Assembly: GCA_009841075.1 (NCBI GenBank)
Contig: VXMP01000061.1
Coordinates: 14,366-78,365, forward strand
Direction: 5' to 3'
Origin: Acidimicrobiia bacterium
Lineage (GTDB): Bacteria; Actinomycetota; Acidimicrobiia; Spongiisociales; Spongiisociaceae
DNA: 64,000 nt
The notes under the pieces: model-generated
What the model was told of the DNA's origin: nothing
What the model saw: the letters and a program-made list of their open reading frames with translations, nothing else
Database searches by the model: none
In this document: piece by piece, positions 34,563 through 42,625 of the stretch
How positions within the stretch are numbered: position 1 is the first letter of the stretch
How the letters are laid out: every line of letters starts with the position of its first letter
Translations under genes and position numbers: made by a program

Positions 34563-35497
34563 TTCACCTTCTCCACCGCTCGCAGACGGGCGCTACGGGC
34601 CCGGGGGTTTTGCTGGACCTCATCTGCGTCCGGCCGCTTTACCTTGCCGACCAGATCCTTCAGCTCCACCGGTGGGGGTTCCGGAAGAATCGGTCCGGGG
34701 GCGCGGCCTTCACCCAGGCGAAACCTTCTTTTGACGATCCTGTCCTCAAGTGAGTGGTAGGAAATGGCCACGCATATTCCTCCCTTCCGGAGGAAACCAA
34801 GTCCGGCCTCGAGTCCGGCCGACAAGTCCGACAGCTCTTCGTTCACCGCCAGGCGAATAGCCTGGAAGGTCCGTCGGGCGGGATGTCCGCCTTTCCTACG
34901 GGTGGCAGCCGGTATGGCCTCGGTAACTACATCTGCCAACCGGACGGTGGTCTCGATAGGTCGGTTGGCGACTATGGAACGGGCGATCCGACGGGAGAAC
35001 CTTTCTTCGCCGAAACTACTGAGAATGTGGGTCAGCTCATCCGGTTGGGTGTCGTTAACAATCTGATAGGCGGTTCGATCGGTATCCGAACCCATACGCA
35101 TGTCCAACGGTCCTTCCCTACGGAAGGAAAAACCCCGCCCGGACTCGTCTAGCTGATGGCTGGAAACGCCCAGGTCGAAGAGGATCCCGGCGATCCAATC
35201 CAAGCCCTGGTCGTCCAGAATCCGATCCAGCCGACAGAAGTTGTCTTCCACCAGCCGAAGACGATCCCGATCCGGGGCGCGCCTGATCGCGGCGGGATCA
35301 CGGTCTATGCCGAGCACCTGTACCGCCAGGTCAAGATGGTCGAGTAGGGCAGCCGTATGTCCACCCCCGCCGAAAGTAGCATCTACGATCACTCCCTCCT
35401 TGATGGGTGAGAAATAACTCACGACTTGCTCCCGCATTACGGGCGTATGGAACGGCCTCCCACTCTTTGACTGAATTTTTTTTGATTCCTGACCCAT
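34559..35497 (-). CDS. rsmH: 16S rRNA (cytosine1402-N4)-methyltransferase
   Basis: HTPVM...DATFGGGGHT...DLGVSSHQLD motifs. Confidence 0.95.
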   Translation of the reverse strand: MGQESKKIQSKSGRPFHTPVMREQVVSYFSPIKEGVIVDATFGGGGHTAALLDHLDLAVQVLGIDRDPAAIRRAPDRDRLRLVEDNFCRLDRILDDQGLDWIAGILFDLGVSSHQLDESGRGFSFRREGPLDMRMGSDTDRTAYQIVNDTQPDELTHILSSFGEERFSRRIARSIVANRPIETTVRLADVVTEAIPAATRRKGGHPARRTFQAIRLAVNEELSDLSAGLEAGLGFLRKGGICVAISYHSLEDRIVKRRFRLGEGRAPGPILPEPPPVELKDLVGKVKRPDADEVQQNPRARSARLRAVEKVK

Positions 35498-35580
35498 TGC
35501 CAGCCCCCCGAAGGTTTTTTCCGAATAGACTGCGGGCGGAGTAGGGACAATCTATTGGTTCACGGGGGGCTGGCAATGGG
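35493..35580 (-). promoter_or_regulatory. Long stem-loop in the mraZ-rsmH spacer that sequesters the rsmH SD and start codon (possibly related to the actinobacterial mraW RNA motif)
   Basis: CCCATTGCCAGCCCCCCG (35493-35510) is the perfect reverse complement of CGGGGGGCTGGCAATGGG (35563-35580). There is a secondary AATAGA/TCTATT stem inside. The rsmH ATG (35497-35495) lies in the 3' arm. Confidence 0.5.
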
Positions 35581-35626
35581 CAGGCCATCGTGCCGGCGGG
35601 TGGTTCTGGTTCGTCCGTCCTTTTGG

Positions 35627-36058
35627 TTACTCCTCCTGTCCTCCGGAATAGGCGGCCAGGGCGGACGGTTGGTAACCGGCCCAGGATTCCGCCGCCCATA
35701 TCTCGGCATACTCGCCCACCCCGACGAAGACCACCTCTTTGGATAGTCCGGCGTAGTCGCGTAAGGGCGGGGGGAGAGGCACTCGGCCCGCCGAGTCAAG
35801 CTCGGGTCGGGTAGCCCCCGAGAAGAAGGACCGTGCCACGGCACGATCCCTGGCATTGGCTTCGTCGGTTTCCCGTAAAGCCCTTTTACGTTTTTCCCAC
35901 ACCTCACATGGGAACACGTACAGGCAGTTGTCACGACCTCGGGTGACATAGAAGTCGCCGTCAAGCAGATCTCTATACTCGGCGGGGAGTACTACCCGCC
36001 CCTTTTTGTCTACTTTTCGGTGGAGTTCCCCTAGGAACTCCTGCCGTCTTTCCGCCAC
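35627..36058 (-). CDS. mraZ: Transcriptional regulator MraZ
   Basis: 143 aa with two SpoVT/AbrB-like repeats (DKKGRVVLPAEYR ... DSAGRVPLPPPLR). GTG start after GAAGGA. Confidence 0.95.
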   Translation of the reverse strand: MAERRQEFLGELHRKVDKKGRVVLPAEYRDLLDGDFYVTRGRDNCLYVFPCEVWEKRKRALRETDEANARDRAVARSFFSGATRPELDSAGRVPLPPPLRDYAGLSKEVVFVGVGEYAEIWAAESWAGYQPSALAAYSGGQEE

Positions 36059-36101
36059 TTATCCTTCTCGCGCTGATCGTTTGGTCGGTCGAACAGAGAG
36101 T

Positions 36102-36132
36102 AGCCTACCACTTTCTGACACCTATTTGTCAA
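36102..36132 (-). promoter_or_regulatory. Candidate mraZ promoter (TTGACA, 19 nt, extended -10 TGGTAGGCT) with phased GTG boxes
   Basis: The minus strand reads CTTGACAAATAGGTGTCAGAAAGTGGTAGGCT. GGTGT/GTGTA/GGTGT/GTGGT boxes are spaced 10, 21 and 10 nt across 36101-36154. Confidence 0.3.
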
Positions 36133-36145
36133 GATTCTACACAAA

Positions 36146-36174
36146 ATGACACCCGAGCCTTCTATTTATATAAT
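36146..36174 (+). promoter_or_regulatory. Candidate fur-family gene promoter (-35 ATGACA, 17 nt, -10 TATAAT); implies a near-leaderless transcript
   Basis: TATAAT at 36169-36174 lies 10 nt before the ATG at 36185. Confidence 0.35.
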
Positions 36175-36184
36175 GAGCCCCCAC

Positions 36185-36646
36185 ATGGCTTCCCAGATAG
36201 AACAACAGGTGATGCGGCGGCTCGGTTCGGCCGAGATCCGCTACACGAAAGGCAGGCGCCTTCTGGTTCAAGCCCTGCTGGAAGCAGACGGACCCCGATC
36301 GGCGGGCGATCTGTATCGGGAACTCAAAGAAGAGGTACCGCTTTCCTCTATATACCGCAGCCTTAACACCCTGTCCGGCCTAGGCATCCTGGTCCCCCAT
36401 CATGGGCCGGGAGGCAACAATCGCTTTGAGCTATCGGACTGGCTGATGGGGCACCACCATCACCTGATCTGCAAGTCGTGCGGAACGGTTGACGATATAA
36501 GGTTGCCAGGACAAACCGAGTCCATCATCGAGGGTCTGGTGGGCTCGGCCACGGCCGACAAAGGATTCAAAGCCTCCGACCATTCCTTCGAGATCTACGG
36601 AACCTGCGGAGATTGCCTGGCCGAGGGTAGAAACGAGGGTTTATAA
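36185..36646 (+). CDS. Fur-family metalloregulator (Fur/Zur/PerR type not resolved)
   Basis: wHTH N-domain, HHHHLICKSCG and CGDC metal-site motifs. The start at 36185 was chosen from the promoter geometry; the ORF opens at 36146. Confidence 0.85.
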   Translation: MASQIEQQVMRRLGSAEIRYTKGRRLLVQALLEADGPRSAGDLYRELKEEVPLSSIYRSLNTLSGLGILVPHHGPGGNNRFELSDWLMGHHHHLICKSCGTVDDIRLPGQTESIIEGLVGSATADKGFKASDHSFEIYGTCGDCLAEGRNEGL

Positions 36647-36652
36647 GGAGGT

Positions 36653-36683
36653 CCAACCGGCCAAGGTTGGGCGCGCCGGTTGG
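36653..36683 (+). terminator. Hairpin after the fur-family gene (CCAACCGGC / GCCGGTTGG)
   Basis: 9-bp inverted repeat with a 13-nt loop, 7 nt after the stop. No clear U-tract. Confidence 0.3.
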
Positions 36684-36707
36684 TAGGGTAAAGAGCAAGG
36701 AGGTACC

Positions 36708-37220
36708 TTGGTCTTGGCCGAACGAGCATTGATCCTCAACGCAACCTACGAACCGCTTTCCATTGTCAGTGCCCGCCGGGCCATGGTTTTGGTATTGCGC
36801 TCCAAAGCGGTAACCGTGGCCTCCTCCCACGACGTGTGGAAGAGCATCGACCAGGAGTTCGCCGTCCCGTCGGTGGTCCGCCTGAGGAACTATGTCAAAG
36901 TTCCCTATCATCGCCGGGTTCCGCTGACCCGTACCGCCGTTTTCGCTCGCGATCATCATCGTTGCCAGTACTGTCGTTCGCCGGCCGAAAGCCTCGACCA
37001 TGTGGTACCCAAATCCCGGGGCGGCGGGCACACCTGGGAAAACGTGGTGGCCTGTTGTCGCCGCTGCAACATCCGCAAGGGAAGCCGACTTCCCGAACAG
37101 GCCGGCCTGAAACTGACCCGCACGCCGGTTACACCCAGCTACCAGGGATGGCTGTACGCCGCTCTGAGCAAATCCCGTGACCCCCAATGGGGCCCCTATC
37201 TGAACGGTTCGGCCTCTTAG
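36708..37220 (+). CDS. HNH endonuclease-domain protein
   Basis: HHRCQYCRSPAESLDHVVPKSRGGGHTWENVVACCRRCNIRKG. TTG start after AAGGAGG. Confidence 0.85.
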   Translation: MVLAERALILNATYEPLSIVSARRAMVLVLRSKAVTVASSHDVWKSIDQEFAVPSVVRLRNYVKVPYHRRVPLTRTAVFARDHHRCQYCRSPAESLDHVVPKSRGGGHTWENVVACCRRCNIRKGSRLPEQAGLKLTRTPVTPSYQGWLYAALSKSRDPQWGPYLNGSAS

Positions 37221-39961
37221 AACTACCGAACATCAGGGGAATTGCCGATCCGACTGCGACGTTGTCGGGTGTGCCGGAGGGTTCGGAGGTGATCGTCAGC
37301 GAGGGCACTTACAGTGCGGGGGTCTGCGAGAACGGTCTTTGCGCGGGCACCTGGGCTTTGGGGGCATTACCGGTCACCGACACGCGGGCCGCGAGCGGGA
37401 GGCTGCCACTACCTACTTTGACGGTTATCCCCCCGGCAGGTGTCGAAACCTCTGATATCAGGGCAACTATCGCCAACACGGAGCAGTATTCCGTTGTCAT
37501 AGACGGAACTACTCATTCCACCGACTATTTCGACTACGTGGAGCGGAACAACACCGCGACTTTAAAGGCTCGTCCGGGGACGGGTGACGGTGCGCCGGGT
37601 GCTCCCCGGGGACTGCGGGTGTTGAGGTCTTCTGATCCGCCCCTGGTCTTCGTCAGCTGGGACCGTTTGGAGCAGTTGTACGGGTTTTCTGTCACCGGCT
37701 ATGAGGTGTATGAGTCGTCGTCTCCGGCTTGTGAGCGTCAGTCGCCGCCATTAGAGCCGTCTGAGGGGGTTCGGTTGGTGTCTGATCCGGTATTTTTGGA
37801 TGGCTCGTTTCGGGCGGGTGTGGAAAAGTGTTATTGGGTTCGGGCGGTCAACGAGCATAGTGTGGGTGGTTATTGGTCGCCTGTGGTGTCGACCCGTGGC
37901 GGGGGTTCGTTGCGTAGCGTGTCGGTAACGCCGGAGGAGCTAACTGTGTCTGAGATGGGCGGCACGGCTTCTTATTCGGTGGTGTTGGACAGCCAGCCCA
38001 CGGCACCGGTGATTGTCACTATTGGTTCGGATTCGGATGTGGTGGAGTTGAGTCGGAAACGGCTGGAGTTTTCTACTGCCGACTGGAAAATTCCGCGGAC
38101 GATAACGGTGACGGGGGTGGATGATGATGTTGACAACCCGGGTAACCGGCGTACTGCGACTGTTCGTCATAGCGTTTCGGGTGGTGGTTTTGATGGGGCG
38201 TCGGTGCCGTCGGTGTTGGTTACGGTGGCCGACGACGATGATGGTTTAGGTGTTGTGGTGTCGGCGGATCGGTTGACGGTTGCCGAAGCCGGAGGAACGG
38301 GGCAATATGCGGTGGTGTTGAGCAGCCGTCCTACCGGTTTGGTGGAGATCGGCTTGGAGAGTTCTGACACCGGAGCGGTTTCGGTGGCTCCGTCACGGTT
38401 GACTTTTAACCCTTCCGATTGGGATCAGGCCAGGAAGGTGACGATAACCGGCGTGGATGACAACGTTGACAACACCGACAACCGGCGATCGGCGACCATC
38501 CGTCACACAGTAAACGGCGGCGGCTATGGTGGGGTTGAGGTGCCTTCGGTTGCGGTGACGGTGCTGGACGACGACGGTTCGGCGGTGGCGGCAGTGTCAG
38601 TTTCTGAGACGGCGGTCACGGTATCAGAAAATGCGGGGACGGCGCGTTATATGGTGGCGCTGAGTGCCAAGCCTTCCGATGCGGTGGTAATCGCTGCGGT
38701 CACCGACGACAGTTCGGTAGCTACCGCACATCCGTCTTTGCTGACTTTCACCCCGGATAACTGGCAGTCCCCTCGTTTGGTGACGGTAACCGGCGTAGAT
38801 GACGACGTCGATAATCCCACCGCCCGGAGCACCACCGTCCTCCACACCCCTTCAGGTGGCGGCTACAGTGGTGTGGAGGTTCCTTCGGTGGATGTGACCG
38901 TCTCCGACGACGAACAAGCCGGCATCTCCGTGTCTGAGACCGAGGTGACTGTAGGAGAGAACGGCGGTACCGGACAGTATACGGTCAGTTTGAACAGCCA
39001 ACCCACCGGCCCGGTAACCGTCAACGTAGTGTCCCTTAACCCCACCATCGCCCGGGTTGGTCCGGCAACGCTGTCTTTCGATGCCAGTGATTGGAATATA
39101 CCGGCTGTGGTGACCGTAACCGGCCAAAACGACCACATTGACAACTCGGGTAACCAACGGCCGGCGACTATCCGCCATACCGCTACAGGAGGAGGCTACG
39201 GCACAGTCGCCGCACAGACGGTGGAGGTGGCGGTAACAGACGACGACAGTACCGAAGTGACCGTACCTGCGGGGCTGGTTTCGGTAGTCGAAAACGGCGG
39301 AACCAGCCGCTACAGTGTCCGTTTAAACAGCCGCCCGTCTTCGCCCGTGACCATCACCTTATCAACCAACGATAGTGAAATAGCTTCGGTGGATCCGACC
39401 ACCCTGGAGTTCGATCCCGGCAACTGGAACCGGTCCCAAACCGTGACCATCACCTCTAAAGGTTCCAGTGGTACAAGCACAGCTATTTCTCATACCGCAG
39501 CCTCTACCGACGCAGGCTATAACGGCATTGATATTTCGTTAGTTACGGTGTCAGTGGTACCCAAACCGTTCGTTTCTATAGAAGGCGGTTCGTGCGTGAT
39601 AGGAGGGGAAGACGCCGTGTTCACCATAATGGCAGACCGGCCGGTAGGTGCCGACCTGAAAGTCTCGTTCTATCTCGGTTCCAACTGGAGAGTCCTGGTA
39701 GGCAACCCAAGAAGCGAGTCGGCCACCATCCCGGCAGGCGAACAATCGGTACAACATCGGGTACGGACCACAAACCCCACCGCAAGCGGCACAGGCACCT
39801 GGCAACCCTATAAATACATTGACGGCACCCCCGGATCGGTGACTGCCGTATTAGAACCCTGGCGCACAGACCAAACCGGCAACTACAACACCGGACTAGG
39901 TACCGCCAACGCCTCTGTAAAGGTATACCACCCCCTAGAAAGCCGCTACTGTCACCGGTAA
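37187..39961 (+). CDS. Large repeat protein: unique N-region, FN3-like domain, five ~110-aa tandem beta-sandwich (Calx-beta/Ig-like) repeats, and a Calx-beta-like C-domain
   Basis: 924-aa ORF. FN3-like segment PRGLRVL..VSWD..GYEVY..YWVRAVN..WSPV. Repeats each end in VTVTGVDDDVDN...RH...GGGY.G...PSV.VTV.DDD. No N-terminal signal peptide or TM segment was seen, so the start is uncertain. Confidence 0.75.
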   Translation: MGPLSERFGLLELPNIRGIADPTATLSGVPEGSEVIVSEGTYSAGVCENGLCAGTWALGALPVTDTRAASGRLPLPTLTVIPPAGVETSDIRATIANTEQYSVVIDGTTHSTDYFDYVERNNTATLKARPGTGDGAPGAPRGLRVLRSSDPPLVFVSWDRLEQLYGFSVTGYEVYESSSPACERQSPPLEPSEGVRLVSDPVFLDGSFRAGVEKCYWVRAVNEHSVGGYWSPVVSTRGGGSLRSVSVTPEELTVSEMGGTASYSVVLDSQPTAPVIVTIGSDSDVVELSRKRLEFSTADWKIPRTITVTGVDDDVDNPGNRRTATVRHSVSGGGFDGASVPSVLVTVADDDDGLGVVVSADRLTVAEAGGTGQYAVVLSSRPTGLVEIGLESSDTGAVSVAPSRLTFNPSDWDQARKVTITGVDDNVDNTDNRRSATIRHTVNGGGYGGVEVPSVAVTVLDDDGSAVAAVSVSETAVTVSENAGTARYMVALSAKPSDAVVIAAVTDDSSVATAHPSLLTFTPDNWQSPRLVTVTGVDDDVDNPTARSTTVLHTPSGGGYSGVEVPSVDVTVSDDEQAGISVSETEVTVGENGGTGQYTVSLNSQPTGPVTVNVVSLNPTIARVGPATLSFDASDWNIPAVVTVTGQNDHIDNSGNQRPATIRHTATGGGYGTVAAQTVEVAVTDDDSTEVTVPAGLVSVVENGGTSRYSVRLNSRPSSPVTITLSTNDSEIASVDPTTLEFDPGNWNRSQTVTITSKGSSGTSTAISHTAASTDAGYNGIDISLVTVSVVPKPFVSIEGGSCVIGGEDAVFTIMADRPVGADLKVSFYLGSNWRVLVGNPRSESATIPAGEQSVQHRVRTTNPTASGTGTWQPYKYIDGTPGSVTAVLEPWRTDQTGNYNTGLGTANASVKVYHPLESRYCHR
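37919..39559 (+). repeat. Five in-frame tandem coding repeats, period ~330 nt, inside the large repeat protein gene
   Basis: Recurrent DNA blocks such as GTGAC(G/C)GTAACCGGCGT(G/A)GATGA(C/T)GA at about 38108, 38438, 38780 and 39110. Protein repeats were aligned by eye. Confidence 0.8.
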
Positions 39962-39975
39962 CCAACCAAGTCTGT

Positions 39976-40013
39976 CGGTGCCCCAAGCATCCCCTTCTTT
40001 TTCAACACCTCCC
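39976..40013. repeat. Half copy (one arm) of the hairpin repeat family
   Basis: GGTGCCCCAAGCATCCCCTTCTTTTTCAACACCTCCC matches GCGGGCCAAGCATACCCTTCTTTTTCAGCACCCTCC (reverse complement of the left arm of copy 21902). No partner arm is present. Confidence 0.5.
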
Positions 40014-40075
40014 TTGGAGTTCCCCCGCTGGTAGAATCTCGGTTCGCATCCCCCCACCTCAAAGGAACTACAAAA

Positions 40076-40648
40076 ATGGCTGCTGCCACCTCGACCATGC
40101 TCTCGCTTGGAACCCCGGCACCACACTTCAACCTTCCCGACACCGTGAGCGGTGGGCAGATCTCCGTTGACGACTACTCCGACCATAAGGCGCTGGTGGT
40201 GATGTTCATCTGCAACCACTGCCCTTATGTGGTTCATATCGGGTCGGGCTTGGTTGACTTCGGTAGAGATTACGAGGACGCCGACGTAGGGATTGTGGGA
40301 ATCAGCTCCAACGACGCCGACAACTATCCCGACGACGCTCCTGATCGGCTGGGTGAGGTGGCCCGAGAGCGGGGCTACCGGTTCCCGGTGCTGTACGACG
40401 AGACCCAACAGGTGGCGAAAAGCTACACCGCGGCCTGCACGCCGGACTTCTTCCTGTTCGGACCGGATCGAACCCTGGTCTATAGGGGCCAATTCGACGA
40501 TTCCCGCCCCGGCTCGGGCAAGCCGGTCACCGGCCAGGATCTACGAAACGCCTTGGACGCCGTTCTGGAGGATCGTCCGGTCCCCGGACATCAGGTCCCT
40601 TCGATGGGTTGTTCCATCAAGTGGAAGCCCGGTAACCACCCCTCCTGA
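40076..40648 (+). CDS. Thioredoxin-fold (AhpC/TSA-redoxin family) protein
   Basis: 190 aa with the FICNHCPYV CxxC-type motif and a redoxin-like fold pattern. Confidence 0.85.
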   Translation: MAAATSTMLSLGTPAPHFNLPDTVSGGQISVDDYSDHKALVVMFICNHCPYVVHIGSGLVDFGRDYEDADVGIVGISSNDADNYPDDAPDRLGEVARERGYRFPVLYDETQQVAKSYTAACTPDFFLFGPDRTLVYRGQFDDSRPGSGKPVTGQDLRNALDAVLEDRPVPGHQVPSMGCSIKWKPGNHPS

Positions 40649-40667
40649 GAAGGGGTTTCCTACTCCT

Positions 40668-40916
40668 TTATCCGCTTCGGGACCGGCGCAGCCTTTTACG
40701 CCAGCGGAGAAATTCCTCCATCTCCTTTGGGGTGGGGTTTTGGTCACACCGACCGTAGGCCGTAGACAGGCGCCAATCCCGATAGGTCGGCTCGGGACGG
40801 GGAAGAAACGGCACCCTACGGAACCATCCGGGTGCGGCGGTGGCCCCTGCCAACCGAATCGCCTCCCCTGCCAACCCGGGATGACGGACAACCACCTTTA
40901 GGAAAACGATGACCAT
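40668..40916 (-). CDS. Hypothetical 82-aa protein downstream of the MerR gene
   Basis: ORF with an ATG start 19 nt after the MerR stop. Family not recognised. Confidence 0.35.
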   Translation of the reverse strand: MVIVFLKVVVRHPGLAGEAIRLAGATAAPGWFRRVPFLPRPEPTYRDWRLSTAYGRCDQNPTPKEMEEFLRWRKRLRRSRSG

Positions 40917-40934
40917 AACGGTCGGGAAGCCATG

Positions 40935-41423
40935 CTAAGAACCGACCGCTTCGTCAAGCTGAATCCGAGCGTACTCCCGACTCCGCTCAAGATGCCTCAG
41001 GAACTTGTATTTATCCATCTCGAATAGGGTTTCGTCCTCATCTACCCTACGGGCCAGCTTGTCCAGCTCCACAAAGAAGGCCAGCTGCCCCTCCTTCAGC
41101 AGGTCCCTAAGCTCGTTATCTTCGACCGCGTAGATCGAGATGCCGTCGGTTTCGAGTCGGACCTCGGCGGGATCAACGCCCATCCGGCGCAGGTAGTTCC
41201 AAGCCCGACTGATTCTTTGCAGAGAGAGGCCGCTTTCCTTCAGAGTTACCACCACCCGCAAGGTGACCAGATCCCGAAACGAATAGATCCGACGCCTGCC
41301 GGCCCGTCCAGCGGTGCGTTGAAGAGAGGGTTGAACCAGTCGAATCTTATCCCAATATCGAAGCTGTGAAGGAGTTGTGCCGGTCAGTCTGGAGGCATCT
41401 TCGGCAAAATATCCTTGCAACAA
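40935..41423 (-). CDS. MerR-family transcriptional regulator
   Basis: ASRLTGTTPSQLRYWDKIRLVQPS...YSFRDLVTLRVV is a MerR HTH. Confidence 0.85.
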   Translation of the reverse strand: MLQGYFAEDASRLTGTTPSQLRYWDKIRLVQPSLQRTAGRAGRRRIYSFRDLVTLRVVVTLKESGLSLQRISRAWNYLRRMGVDPAEVRLETDGISIYAVEDNELRDLLKEGQLAFFVELDKLARRVDEDETLFEMDKYKFLRHLERSREYARIQLDEAVGS

Positions 41424-41584
41424 ACCAGTTCTCCCTAGGGGTGGGCAGAAGACCCTAATAGGGATACTCCAGCCCTTATCTTGTAGTACCTACCCGCCCC
41501 GGGTGCTGCACCGTCTATCGCCAAGGTGGCTCGACTCTCATTGCCCAGTCGCGAGGTTCTCGAATGATACCCCGATGCGACGGT

Positions 41585-41917
41585 TCAGCGACTAAAAGGC
41601 CACCGAAAACGTTGCCCGCTGGGCAAAAAATCTCGTACCGGTTTACCCGGCACCCGGGTGGTCATCGAGAGGATACGAATCAGAGTGGCCGTTGACAAAA
41701 GCAGCAACCCGAAGCCCATCAACGCCAAGGCCGTATTAAAGGAAAAGGTGATCAACATGGTCAGCGCCCCGACGATCACCCCCAAGATAGAAAACCTTAG
41801 ATACCATTGCGGTATACGGTTGAAGGTAGATGTGCGTTTGGTAAATTCGGGGTCGTCAGCTTCGAACTGGCGCTCAATCTCGTCCAGAATCTGCTGTTCC
41901 CGCTCATTCAAAGGCAT
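41585..41917 (-). CDS. DUF3040-family membrane protein
   Basis: MPLNEREQQILDEIERQFEADDPEF start followed by two TM segments. Internal Met chosen. Confidence 0.75.
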   Translation of the reverse strand: MPLNEREQQILDEIERQFEADDPEFTKRTSTFNRIPQWYLRFSILGVIVGALTMLITFSFNTALALMGFGLLLLSTATLIRILSMTTRVPGKPVRDFLPSGQRFRWPFSR

Positions 41918-42022
41918 CAAGCCCGCTCCGATTTGTGTCCAACCGGTTATCAGTATACGACAATCCAAACCCTTCGATGTCGGGCTCGGGCTCTTTATTT
42001 TTGGTAGCTAGCCTCCTCCCGG

Positions 42023-42625
42023 ATGGCTTCGGTTATGCACCTGGTTCGACACGGCGAAGTGGAAAACCCTGATCAGCTGGTTTACGCCGACCTGAAGGGG
42101 TTCGGGTTGAGCCGGAAAGGGAGACTTCAGGCGGCTTGGGCGGGCAACCATCTGGCCGACCATCCGGTCCGGGCGGTGTACACCTCTCCGCTGGATCGCG
42201 CCCTTGAAACGGCCCGATCAATCGCCGTCCCCCATGGGCTCCGGCCCCTCATCTTGGAGGAACTGACCGAGTGGACCTTGTTGAGCCGATGGGCGGGTCG
42301 GCCCTGGGCGGACCTGGACGCCTACTATCCGGGCGAGCTGGACAACTACCTGAGCAACCCCATTCAGATGGACTTCGCGTCGGAGTCGTTGGCCGGCCTA
42401 GCCCGGCGGATGGCCGACGTGGTCAACCGATTGGCAGACCGCCATCCCGATCAAGATCTGGTGGTGGTGTCCCATCAGGACCCGATCCAAGCCGCCTACC
42501 TGTACCTACTCGGTTACTTCCTGGGCGAGCTTCATACCGATAAGCCGGATCATGGCGAGGTCATCAGCCTGGTTAGGAAGGGGACGGTTTGGAACCTGCT
42601 CGCCCGTATTGCCCCTCCCTTTTAG
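42023..42625 (+). CDS. Histidine phosphatase (phosphoglycerate-mutase-like) family protein
   Basis: LVRHGEVENP (RHG motif) and a downstream SHQD histidine motif. Confidence 0.85.
   Translation: MASVMHLVRHGEVENPDQLVYADLKGFGLSRKGRLQAAWAGNHLADHPVRAVYTSPLDRALETARSIAVPHGLRPLILEELTEWTLLSRWAGRPWADLDAYYPGELDNYLSNPIQMDFASESLAGLARRMADVVNRLADRHPDQDLVVVSHQDPIQAAYLYLLGYFLGELHTDKPDHGEVISLVRKGTVWNLLARIAPPF

Noticed and set aside
36647-36707. Possible missing half of the truncated hairpin repeat just after the fur-family gene (TAAGGAGGTCCAACCGGCC versus TAAGGAGGGTGCTGAAAAAAGTCCATTTGGCC).
   Set aside because: The similarity rests mainly on stop codon plus GGAGG and a few GC-rich bases, and it requires a 13-nt deletion. 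It cannot be distinguished from chance by eye.
37919-39559. Regularly spaced ~330-nt repeats, considered as a possible CRISPR or other non-coding array.
   Set aside because: The repeats are in frame within one long ORF. They are far longer than CRISPR repeats, diverge at synonymous and non-synonymous positions, and translate to a coherent domain repeat.
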